From Burkholderiales bacterium (GTDB lineage Bacteria > Pseudomonadota > Gammaproteobacteria > Burkholderiales > SG8-39), in the NCBI GenBank assembly GCA_049651845.1, contig JBASCW010000038.1, forward strand, positions 3,543 through 67,542: a stretch of 64,000 nt of DNA, read 5' to 3'. The notes beneath the pieces were generated by a model. It was not told where the DNA came from and did no database searches. It saw only the letters and a program-made list of their open reading frames with translations. Made by a program: the position numbers and the translations under genes. Positions 46,426 through 54,773 of the stretch are shown here, one piece after another; positions within the stretch are counted from its first letter, which is position 1, and every line of letters begins with the position of its first letter.

Positions 46426-48032
46426 TGCCGGCGATCCAGTCCAAGCTCGACGCGTCGTCGGAATCCTTCCAGAGCAACCGCAAACGGATGCTGGAGCTCG
46501 TCGCTCGTCTCAGAAATCTCGAAAAGAGAACGAGGGAAAAATCGGCAGAGGCGAAGCCCCTGTTCGACGAGCGCGGCCAGCTGCTGCCGCGCGAGCGCAT
46601 CGCCCGCCTGCTCGACGCGGGTGCGCCCTGGCTCGAGCTTGCCTCGATTGCCGGCTACTGCCTCGACAACCCGGACCCTGAGAAGACCATCCCGGGCGGC
46701 GGCATGATCGCCGGCATCGGCTACGTTGCGGGCGTGCGCGCGATGGTGGTGGCGAGCGACTCGGGCATCGACGCAGGCGCGATCCAGCACATGGGCCGCG
46801 AGAAGCTCCTGCGCGCGCAGTCGCTCGCACTGGAGAACAAGCTGCCCTTCGTTCACCTGGTGGAATCGGCGGGCGCCAACCTGCTCAAGTACCGCGTCGA
46901 GGGCTTCATCCACGGCGGCGCGATCTTCTACAACCTCGCCAGGCTCTCGGCCGCCGGCCTGCCGGTGGTGACGGTGGTGCACGGCTCCTCGACCGCGGGC
47001 GGCGCCTACATGCCAGGGCTCTCGGACTACGTGATCATGGTGCGCGGCCGCGCCAAGGCCTTCCTCGCGGGCCCGCCGCTGCTCAAGGCCGCCACCGGCG
47101 AAATCGCGACCGACGAGGAACTCGGCGGCGCCGCAATGCATACGCACGTCTCCGGGCTCGGCGAGTACCTGGCGGAAGACGATTCGGACGGTGTGCGGCT
47201 GGCCAGGGAGGTGCTGGGCCGCCTGCAGTTCGACTCCCAAACGAAACCCGGGGACGCGAAACCGCCCCGCTACCCGGCGGAAGAGCTGCTCGGCGTGATG
47301 CCCGCGGACTACCGCAAGCCCGTGGACATGCGCGAAGCTATCGCGCGCTTCGTGGACGACTCGGATTGGCTCGACTTCAAGCCCGGCTACGGCGCCGCCA
47401 CGGTCTGCGGCCACGCGGCGATCCAGGGCCAGCGCATCGGCATCGTCACCAACAACGGCCCGCTCGATCCGGCGGGCGCGACCAAGGCGACGCATTTCAT
47501 CCAGGCTTGCTGCCAGGCGGGGCTGCCGATCCTCTACCTGCAGAACACCACCGGCTACATCGTGGGCAAGGCCTCCGAGGAGGCCGGCATGATCAAGCAC
47601 GGCTCGAAGATGATCCAGGCGGTGTCCAACGCCACCGTGCCGCAGCTCACGCTCATGTGCGGCGCGTCCTTCGGCGCGGGCAACTACGGCATGTGCGGCC
47701 GCGCCTACCAGCCGCGCTTCCTGTTTTCCTGGCCGAACGCGCAGACCGCGGTCATGGGTGCCGAGCAGGCCGCGCTCACCATGGCGATCGTCATGGAAGC
47801 CGGCATGAAGAGGAAGGGCCAGGAAGTGGACTGGCACCAGATCGACGGCGTGAAGGCGAAGATCGTCGAGAACTTCGAGCGCCAGCAGAGCGCCTTCGTC
47901 ACCAGCGCCCACCTGCTCGACGACGGCGTCATCGACCCGCGCGACACGCGGAACGTTCTGGGCTTTGCATTGTCCGTGGTGACCGACGACAGAAAAGTGA
48001 ATCCAATGCAATTCGGCGTAGCGAGGCCCTAG
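46425..48032 (+). CDS. Acyl-CoA carboxylase carboxyltransferase (beta) subunit, methylcrotonyl-/geranyl-CoA carboxylase type
   Basis: 535 aa from an ATG that shares one base with the upstream TGA. It contains the motif GSSTAGGAYMPG. Confidence 0.9.
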   Translation: MPAIQSKLDASSESFQSNRKRMLELVARLRNLEKRTREKSAEAKPLFDERGQLLPRERIARLLDAGAPWLELASIAGYCLDNPDPEKTIPGGGMIAGIGYVAGVRAMVVASDSGIDAGAIQHMGREKLLRAQSLALENKLPFVHLVESAGANLLKYRVEGFIHGGAIFYNLARLSAAGLPVVTVVHGSSTAGGAYMPGLSDYVIMVRGRAKAFLAGPPLLKAATGEIATDEELGGAAMHTHVSGLGEYLAEDDSDGVRLAREVLGRLQFDSQTKPGDAKPPRYPAEELLGVMPADYRKPVDMREAIARFVDDSDWLDFKPGYGAATVCGHAAIQGQRIGIVTNNGPLDPAGATKATHFIQACCQAGLPILYLQNTTGYIVGKASEEAGMIKHGSKMIQAVSNATVPQLTLMCGASFGAGNYGMCGRAYQPRFLFSWPNAQTAVMGAEQAALTMAIVMEAGMKRKGQEVDWHQIDGVKAKIVENFERQQSAFVTSAHLLDDGVIDPRDTRNVLGFALSVVTDDRKVNPMQFGVARP

Positions 48033-49190
48033 ATGAAATTCACCCAGGAGCACGAAGAGATCCGCCGCACGATGAAGAAGTTCATCGACGCGGAGATCAA
48101 TCCGCACGTCGACGAGTGGGAAGCGGCCGAGATCTTTCCCGCCCACGAGGTGTTCGGGAAGCTGGGCAAGCTCGGCATGCTGGGCCTCACCAAGCCCGAA
48201 GCCTACGGCGGCGCGGGGCTCGACTACAGCTACGCGATGGTGTTCGCCGAGACGCTCGGCCAGATCCGCTGCGGCGGCGTGCCGATGGCGATCGGCGTAC
48301 AGACCGACATGGCCACGCCAGCGCTCGCACGCTTCGGCTCCGACGAGCTCAGGAAGGAGTTCCTCGCGCCCGCGATCGCCGGCGACTACGTGACCTGCAT
48401 CGGCGTGTCGGAGCCCGGCGCGGGTTCGGACGTGGCCTCGATCAAGACCACGGCGAAAAAGGACGGCGGCGACTACGTGATCAACGGCGCCAAGATGTGG
48501 ATCACCAACAGCCTGCAGGCCGACTGGATGTGCCTGCTCGCGAACACCTCGGAGGGCGCGGCGCACAAGAACAAGACGCTGATCATCCTGCCGATGAAGA
48601 CCAAGGGCGTCAGCGTCGCCAAGAAGATCCGCAAGATCGGCATGATGTCCTCGGACACGGGCCTGATCCATTTCGACGACGTGCGCGTGCCGCAGCGCTA
48701 CCGCATCGGCGAGGAAGGCATGGGCTTTACCTACCAGATGCAGCAGTTCCAGGAGGAGCGGCTCTGGGCGGCGTCGAGCTCTGTGCAGGGCCTCACGCGC
48801 ACACTGAACGACACCATCGAGTACATCCGCGAGCGCAAGATGTTCGGCCAGACGGTGCTCGACTTCCAGTACGTGCACTACCGGCTCGCCGAGCTCAAGA
48901 CCGAGATCGAGGCGCTGCGCGCCCTCACCTACCGCGCCTGCGAGATGTACGTCGCGGGCGAGGACGTCACCGAGCTCGCCTCGATGGCCAAGCTCAAGAG
49001 CGGCCGCCTGCGGCGCGAAGTGTCGGACGCCTGCCTGCAGTACTGGGGCGGCATGGGCTTCACCTGGGACAACCCGGTGTCGCGCGCCTACCGCGACGGG
49101 CGACTGGGCTCGATCGGCGGCGGCGCCGACGAGGTGATGCTCGGCATCATCTGCAAGTACATGCACATCCTGCCTCAGAACAGGGGATAG
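48033..49190 (+). CDS. Acyl-CoA dehydrogenase (isovaleryl-/citronellyl-CoA dehydrogenase-like)
   Basis: 385 aa with the motifs GVSEPGAGSD and GGGADEVM. It starts the base after the upstream stop. Confidence 0.9.
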   Translation: MKFTQEHEEIRRTMKKFIDAEINPHVDEWEAAEIFPAHEVFGKLGKLGMLGLTKPEAYGGAGLDYSYAMVFAETLGQIRCGGVPMAIGVQTDMATPALARFGSDELRKEFLAPAIAGDYVTCIGVSEPGAGSDVASIKTTAKKDGGDYVINGAKMWITNSLQADWMCLLANTSEGAAHKNKTLIILPMKTKGVSVAKKIRKIGMMSSDTGLIHFDDVRVPQRYRIGEEGMGFTYQMQQFQEERLWAASSSVQGLTRTLNDTIEYIRERKMFGQTVLDFQYVHYRLAELKTEIEALRALTYRACEMYVAGEDVTELASMAKLKSGRLRREVSDACLQYWGGMGFTWDNPVSRAYRDGRLGSIGGGADEVMLGIICKYMHILPQNRG

Positions 49191-49207
49191 ATCCCCCAGT
49201 ACCCCCG

Positions 49208-50980
49208 GTGCCTTCGTTCAAGTCTCTGCTGGTCGCCAACCGCGGCGAAGTCGCGCTGCGCGTGATGCGCACCGCGAAGCGCATGGGCCTGCGCACGGTC
49301 GCCGTCTACTCGGACGCCGACCGCGACGCGCCGCACGTGCGCGCGGCGGACTCCGCCGTGCACATCGGCGGCGCCGCGCCGCGGCCGTCCTACCTCAACA
49401 TCGAATCGATCCTGCGCGCTCCCGGCGACGCCGTGCACCCCGGCTACGGCTTCCTCGCCGAAAACCCGGCGTTCGCCGACGCGGTACAGGAAGCCGGACG
49501 CGTGTGGATCGGCCCGCCGCCCGCGGCGATGCGGGCGCTCGGTGACAAGACGAACGCGAAGGCGCTCGCCGCCAGGTCCGGCGTGCCGGTGCTGCCGGCC
49601 TACGACACGGACCCGGAATTCCCGGTGGTGATCAAGGCCGTCGCCGGCGGCGGCGGGCGCGGCATGCGCCTGGTGCGTTCGCGCGAGGAGTTCGCCGAGG
49701 CGCTCAAGTCCGCGCGCTCCGAGGCATTGCACGCCTTCGGCGACGACCGCGTGATGCTGGAGAAGGCGGTGTTGAATCCCCGCCACGTCGAGGTGCAGAT
49801 CTTCGCCGACGCTCACGGCAACTGCGTGCACCTGGGTGAGCGCGATTGCTCGGTGCAGCGCCGGCACCAGAAGCTCATCGAGGAGTCGCCCTCGCCTGCG
49901 GTCGACGCGGCGCTGCGCGCGAAGTTGGGCAGCGCCGCGGTGCAGCTGGCGAAGTCCGTCGGCTACACCGGCGCGGGCACGATCGAGTTCCTGCTCGGCG
50001 AGGACGGGCGCTTCTGGTTCATCGAGGCCAACGCGCGCCTGCAGGTCGAGCACCCGGTGACCGAGGCGGTGACCGGCCTCGACCTCGTGGAGTGGCAGCT
50101 GCGCGTCGCCGCCGGCGAGCCGCTGCCGCTCGGTCAGCATGACATCCGCTTCTCGGGCCACGCCATCGAGGTGCGCCTCTGCGCCGAAGACCCCGGGAAG
50201 GACTTCCTGCCGCAGGCGGGCAGGCTCGCGCTCTGGCAGCCCTCGGCCGCGGTGCGCGTGGAGCATGCGCTCGAGTCCGGCGTTGCGATCCCGCCTCATT
50301 ACGACTCGATGATGGCCAAGCTGATCGCGCACGCCGCCACGCGCGATGCCGCGCGCGAGAAGCTCGCCGCGGCGCTCGATGAGACCGTCGCGCTCGGCCT
50401 GCCGACCAACAAGGAGTACCTCGCCGCGGTCCTGCGCGACCCGACCTTCGCCGCGGGCAACGCGACCACGGATCTGGTCTCAGGGTTCAGGTTCGAGGGC
50501 GCGCGACCCGATCTCGGGCTCGCGGCAGCGCTGCTCGTCGCCGACTACGGCGAATGGACCGGGTGGAGCAACAACGCCGCGCACGGCGCGCGCGCGCGCT
50601 TCTTACACGACGAAGTCCTCGAGTTCAGGGCGGAACGAGCGAAGCACCGCGCCATTCACGTGCTGGACGGCGACACGGTCCACTACGCGCATGGCGGTGC
50701 GAGCTTCACGCTGCGCAACACGCTCTACGACCCGCCCGCGAGGAAGGACGTCGATGCCATGGCGGGGCGCCTGGTGGCGCCGATGAACGGCCGCGTCGTG
50801 ACGGTGAACGCGAAGGCCGGAGAGACGGTGGCGAAAGGCACGCCGCTGGTCGTGCTCGAAGCCATGAAGATGGAGCATGGGCTGGGGTTGCCGTTTTCCG
50901 TGGTCGTGAAAGCGATACATGTAGCAGCAGGAACCCAGGTCGCTCCCAACAGGCTGCTCGTGGAGTTCGATCCGGCATGA
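49208..50980 (+). CDS. Acyl-CoA carboxylase biotin-carboxylase + BCCP (alpha) subunit
   Basis: About 590 aa from the GTG at 49208. It contains LLVANRGEVALRVMRTAKRMG and GGGGRGMR, and the biotinyl-Lys motif EAMKME lies near the C-terminus. Confidence 0.85.
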   Translation: MPSFKSLLVANRGEVALRVMRTAKRMGLRTVAVYSDADRDAPHVRAADSAVHIGGAAPRPSYLNIESILRAPGDAVHPGYGFLAENPAFADAVQEAGRVWIGPPPAAMRALGDKTNAKALAARSGVPVLPAYDTDPEFPVVIKAVAGGGGRGMRLVRSREEFAEALKSARSEALHAFGDDRVMLEKAVLNPRHVEVQIFADAHGNCVHLGERDCSVQRRHQKLIEESPSPAVDAALRAKLGSAAVQLAKSVGYTGAGTIEFLLGEDGRFWFIEANARLQVEHPVTEAVTGLDLVEWQLRVAAGEPLPLGQHDIRFSGHAIEVRLCAEDPGKDFLPQAGRLALWQPSAAVRVEHALESGVAIPPHYDSMMAKLIAHAATRDAAREKLAAALDETVALGLPTNKEYLAAVLRDPTFAAGNATTDLVSGFRFEGARPDLGLAAALLVADYGEWTGWSNNAAHGARARFLHDEVLEFRAERAKHRAIHVLDGDTVHYAHGGASFTLRNTLYDPPARKDVDAMAGRLVAPMNGRVVTVNAKAGETVAKGTPLVVLEAMKMEHGLGLPFSVVVKAIHVAAGTQVAPNRLLVEFDPA

Positions 50981-52131
50981 TCCGGCACCCCGCGGTCACC
51001 GAGGCGCACGAGGCCTGGCGCGAGACGGTGCGCCGCTTCGTAGAGCGCGAAATCCTGCCGCACGCCGCGGCCTGGGACGAGGCGGGCGAGTTCCCGCGCG
51101 AGCTCTACCGCAAGGCGGCGGCCGCGGGCCTGTTCGCGCCGGGCTTCCCCGAGGCGTACGGCGGCATGCCCGCCGACTACCTGTTCCGCATCCAGAGCGC
51201 GGAGGAGTTCGCGCGCGCGGGCACGGGCGGCCTGTCGGCGAGCCTGTTCTCGCACACCATCGGCGCGCCGCCGATCGCCGCGGTCGGCAGCGAAGAGCTC
51301 AAGCGCCGCGTGCTGCCCGCGATCCTCTCGGGCGAGAAGATCAGCGCGCTGGCGATCACCGAACCGAGCGGCGGCTCGGACGTTGCCAGTCTGAGAACTT
51401 CCGCAAAGAGGGAAAAAGGCGAATACCTCGTCAACGGCGAGAATACGTTCATAACCTCCGGCATGCGCGCCGATTACTACACCGTCGCGGTGCGCACTGG
51501 CGGCCCGGGCGCGGCGGGCGTATCGCTGCTGCTCATCGAGCGCGAGCGCGCGGGCTTCACGCGCACGGAGCTGAAGAAAATGGGCTGGTGGTGCTCCGAC
51601 ACCGCGACGTTGCACTTCGACCAGGTGCGCGTGCCGGCGGCCAATCTGATCGGCGAGGAGAACCAGGGCTTTCGCGCGATCATGCACAACTTCAATTCCG
51701 AGCGCCTCGGCATGGCCGCGGGCGCGGTCGGCTTCGCGCAGACCTGCCTGGACGAGGCGCTCGACTGGGCGCGCCAGCGGCAGACATTCGGCCAGCCGCT
51801 GATCGGCCACCAGGCCATCCGCCACAAGCTCGTCGACATGCAGGCGCGGGTGCACGCCGCGCGCGCGCTGCTCTACGATACCGCCTGGAAGCTGGTGCAG
51901 GCGCCGCGCGAGCCCGTCTACATCGCGCAGCTGGCGATGCTCAAGAACGCCGCCACCGACACCATGCAGTTCTGCGCCGACGCGGCGGTGCAGACGCTGG
52001 GCGGCGCCGGCTTCGTGCGCGGCACGCGCGCCGAGCGCATCTACCGCGAAGCCAAGGTGATGCAGATCGGCGGCGGCAGCACCGAGATCATGAAGGACCT
52101 GGCCGCGCGCCAACTCGGGTGGGAGCCATGA
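50977..52131 (+). CDS. Acyl-CoA dehydrogenase
   Basis: 384 aa from an ATG overlapping the upstream stop (ATGA). It contains the motifs AITEPSGGSD and GGGSTEIMKD. Confidence 0.9.
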   Translation: MIRHPAVTEAHEAWRETVRRFVEREILPHAAAWDEAGEFPRELYRKAAAAGLFAPGFPEAYGGMPADYLFRIQSAEEFARAGTGGLSASLFSHTIGAPPIAAVGSEELKRRVLPAILSGEKISALAITEPSGGSDVASLRTSAKREKGEYLVNGENTFITSGMRADYYTVAVRTGGPGAAGVSLLLIERERAGFTRTELKKMGWWCSDTATLHFDQVRVPAANLIGEENQGFRAIMHNFNSERLGMAAGAVGFAQTCLDEALDWARQRQTFGQPLIGHQAIRHKLVDMQARVHAARALLYDTAWKLVQAPREPVYIAQLAMLKNAATDTMQFCADAAVQTLGGAGFVRGTRAERIYREAKVMQIGGGSTEIMKDLAARQLGWEP

Positions 52132-52574
52132 ACCTCAAGCAGAAGGCCCTGCAGGCGCTGATGCGCAAGGTGATGGAGCAGCACATCGCCTTCAACAAGC
52201 ATCTCGGCCTCAAGGTGGAATCGTTCGACCTCGAGGCGCCCAAGCTGCGCTTCGACATGCGGCCGGAGCTGGTCGGCAACCCGGCGCGCCAGATCCTGCA
52301 CGGCGGCGTGATCTCGGCGACGCTGGACGCCGCCGGCGGCTTCGCCATCATGCTCTCGCTCGCGGCCGAGATGACCGGCATCCCCACCTCCTTCCCCAAC
52401 ATGGGCACCATCGACCTGCGCGTGGACTACCTGCGCCCGGGCCGCGGCAAGCACTTCGTCGCCACCGCGCGCATCGTCAGGAAGGGCAAGCGCATCGCGG
52501 TCACGCACATGGAGCTGCACAACGACGCGGGCGAGCTCATCGCCACCGGCGGCGCCGCGTACGTGGTCGGCTGA
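52128..52574 (+). CDS. PaaI-family (hotdog-fold) thioesterase
   Basis: 148 aa with an ATGA overlap with the upstream gene and the motif LHGGVISATLDAAGG. Confidence 0.8.
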   Translation: MNLKQKALQALMRKVMEQHIAFNKHLGLKVESFDLEAPKLRFDMRPELVGNPARQILHGGVISATLDAAGGFAIMLSLAAEMTGIPTSFPNMGTIDLRVDYLRPGRGKHFVATARIVRKGKRIAVTHMELHNDAGELIATGGAAYVVG

Positions 52575-52595
52575 CGCCGCTCGTCGAACGCGTAG

Positions 52596-52611
52596 TGCGC
52601 CACGTGGCGCA
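52596..52611. repeat. 16-bp perfect palindrome TGCGCCACGTGGCGCA
   Basis: It lies in the 63-nt gap between the convergent thioesterase and methyltransferase genes. There are no flanking T-tracts. Confidence 0.8.
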
Positions 52612-52637
52612 GGAACGCGAAGAGCGAGGACATCGAG

Positions 52638-53474
52638 TTACCGGTGAGCGGACTTCAAGCGCGCGAATATGCCGCCGCCGACAAGGACTTCACCGTCGAC
52701 GGGAATCAGCCCGCTATCGTCATCGACGGTCATGACGATATCGTAGTTCTTGCGCACGGTTTCGTGAAAAACGCTCTCTCTGATGCATACGTATGGGTAT
52801 CGAACCTTCCTGTCCTGGATGCCGCTGGGCATGGGGCCGGGTCCATTACGGCTTAGCCACGATTCATGAACGGCGACTACGTCCCGACTTCCCCTGGTCA
52901 GGCCGAGCCGGCCAAACATCAGGTGGCGTGCGGATGCAGATGCGATCCGCGCGAGGAGTTCGTACGGCCTGTCCACGACCTGCAGAGTCCCAGAGGTGTG
53001 CAGCAGATCGATTCCATCCATGGAACTGATTGCGGACTCCAGATCGGCGGAGAAGCTCAACTCGTCGGACGCAAATACGCCTGCGGCCCGTTCGACCATC
53101 AAGGGTGTTTCGACTACGACCCACCTCAGCCTCAGTGACTTGGGCAGCAGCGCTCGTGCCAGGAAATAGTGGGCGCCGCACGCGCCGCCAACGTCGATCA
53201 CCTTGGTCTCGCCTGGGCCGGCGCACGCAAGCAGACCGCAGAGACTGAACGCGTTTGCAGGAGTAAGCCGCGTTGCGCCGGAGGCGGATATTTCGTCTCG
53301 ATACCTGGCCGTTTTCCGCAAAACCACTTCGACGACGTCCGCACTTCCGTAGGCGGGGTCCGTGCAGTCCGCCAGCGCAGCCTCGTAGTTCGCGTAGGTC
53401 TTCCGCCCCGATCCGGCAAGGATCTTGCGCGCGATCGCGATCGCTATCGGCGGCAGGAAATCACGTGCGTTCAT
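52638..53474 (-). CDS. Putative SAM-dependent methyltransferase, TIGR04325-like
   Basis: 278 aa. Its pattern matches my recollection of the family: an N-terminal YANYEAALADC...Y segment, then VIDVGGACGAHYF, LRWVVVE and TLQVVDRPYELLARI. It has visibly more A/T in third codon positions than its neighbours and forms its own transcription unit. Confidence 0.6.
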   Translation of the reverse strand: MNARDFLPPIAIAIARKILAGSGRKTYANYEAALADCTDPAYGSADVVEVVLRKTARYRDEISASGATRLTPANAFSLCGLLACAGPGETKVIDVGGACGAHYFLARALLPKSLRLRWVVVETPLMVERAAGVFASDELSFSADLESAISSMDGIDLLHTSGTLQVVDRPYELLARIASASARHLMFGRLGLTRGSRDVVAVHESWLSRNGPGPMPSGIQDRKVRYPYVCIRESVFHETVRKNYDIVMTVDDDSGLIPVDGEVLVGGGIFARLKSAHR

Positions 53475-53495
53475 GGAGCTGAGACCGCCCGGCGG

Positions 53496-53524
53496 GAAGA
53501 AAAACGGCGCCGCGAGGGCGCCGT
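53496..53524 (-). terminator. Rho-independent terminator after the ABC substrate-binding protein gene
   Basis: The minus strand reads ACGGCGCC-ctcgc-GGCGCCGT followed by TTTTTCTTC. It begins 28 nt after the stop at 53553. Confidence 0.75.
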
Positions 53525-53552
53525 TGATGAAATGCCGCTCCGATCCGCTTTT

Positions 53553-54707
53553 CTAGTCGGTGATGTAGTCGGTGATCGGCGTCCACTTGCCGTTGACGAT
53601 CTGCGACAGGCGCGCGCGGTTCGAGCCCAAGTGCTTGGTCTTGGTGAAGCTCATCGAGTCCGAGCCGAACATGTCGCGCGGCGAGGTGAACTTCTCCAGC
53701 GTGTTGACGAAGCTGTCGGTCGTGAGGTTCGGCCCCGCCTTGTCGGCCACCTGGACGAACAGGTCGATGACCTGGTAGCCGTACACCGAGAACACCGCGG
53801 GGTCTTCCTTGGTCCGCTCCTTGTAGCGGTTCGCCCAGTCGCGCACGTTCTTCGAGGCGTCGTCCATGTACGGCATGTTGATGGTGTTGGTCGCGTAGAA
53901 GCCGTTCATCGCGGGCCCGCCGAGCTTGTGGATCAGCTCGGTGTAGGCCGCCGAGGAGCCGATGAAGTCCACGCCCCAGCCGAGCTTGCGCGCGGTGCCG
54001 ATGGCGCCGAGCGTCTCGCGGATGATGGTGCCGAGCACCACCAGGTCGCAGCCCGCGTCCTTCATGCGCGCGACCTGCGACGAGAAATCGGTCGCGCCGC
54101 GCTTGTAGGTGGTCTTCTCGGCGAGCGCCATGTTGATGTCCTTGAGGCCCGCCTCCGCGCCGCGCATCACCTCGGCGCCGAAGTCGTCGTCCTGGTACAG
54201 CGTGCAGACCTTCTTCGAGCCCTTGAGCTTGACGAGGTGCTTGACGCCCGAGCGCATCTGGTCGAAGTAGGTCGCGGCGAACGAGTACTTGAGCTTGTGC
54301 AGCGGCTCGTACATCTCGCGCGCTGCGGTGAGCGGGAACAGGTGCGGGATGTTCTTGGCGAACAGGATCGGCATCGAGGCCATCGAGGTCGGCGTGCCGA
54401 TGGTGCCCACCATCGCGAAGATCTTGTCCTTCTGCACCATCTTCTGCGTGGCCAGCACGGCCTTCTTGGGGTCGTAGCCGTGGTCCTCGACCACCAGCTT
54501 GAGCTTGCGGCCATTGATGCCGCCCTGCGCGTTGAGCTCGTCGACGCGCATGTTCATGCCGGCGACCAGCTGCTTGGAAAACGCGACGATCGGCCCCGAC
54601 AGGTCCTGCATCGTGCCGATGACGATCTCGCCCTTGGAAACGCCCTGCGATTGCGCCAACGCGCTGCCGGCGAAGGCAAGAGCGAGCAAGCCGAGTCTGA
54701 ACTTCAT
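53553..54707 (-). CDS. ABC transporter substrate-binding protein (Leu/Ile/Val-binding, LivK-like family)
   Basis: 384 aa with a signal peptide and a type I periplasmic-binding-protein pattern. A strong SD (GGAGGAAGG) precedes the start. Confidence 0.9.
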   Translation of the reverse strand: MKFRLGLLALAFAGSALAQSQGVSKGEIVIGTMQDLSGPIVAFSKQLVAGMNMRVDELNAQGGINGRKLKLVVEDHGYDPKKAVLATQKMVQKDKIFAMVGTIGTPTSMASMPILFAKNIPHLFPLTAAREMYEPLHKLKYSFAATYFDQMRSGVKHLVKLKGSKKVCTLYQDDDFGAEVMRGAEAGLKDINMALAEKTTYKRGATDFSSQVARMKDAGCDLVVLGTIIRETLGAIGTARKLGWGVDFIGSSAAYTELIHKLGGPAMNGFYATNTINMPYMDDASKNVRDWANRYKERTKEDPAVFSVYGYQVIDLFVQVADKAGPNLTTDSFVNTLEKFTSPRDMFGSDSMSFTKTKHLGSNRARLSQIVNGKWTPITDYITD

Positions 54708-54773
54708 GGTCCTTCCTCCTTGTGGATTTATCCCTCTGTCGCCTACTGTATCACTCCGGCGGCCGGGTCCGCA

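Noticed and set aside
46392-49166. 924-aa ORF on the minus strand. The equivalent ORFs at 58001..60127, 39107..41377, 36004..37983, 41176..42951, 41229..43097, 60097..61677 and 62191..63615 are the same case.
   Set aside because: All lie opposite or out of frame to genes with strong family signatures, and all have Arg/Ala/Gly/His-biased composition.
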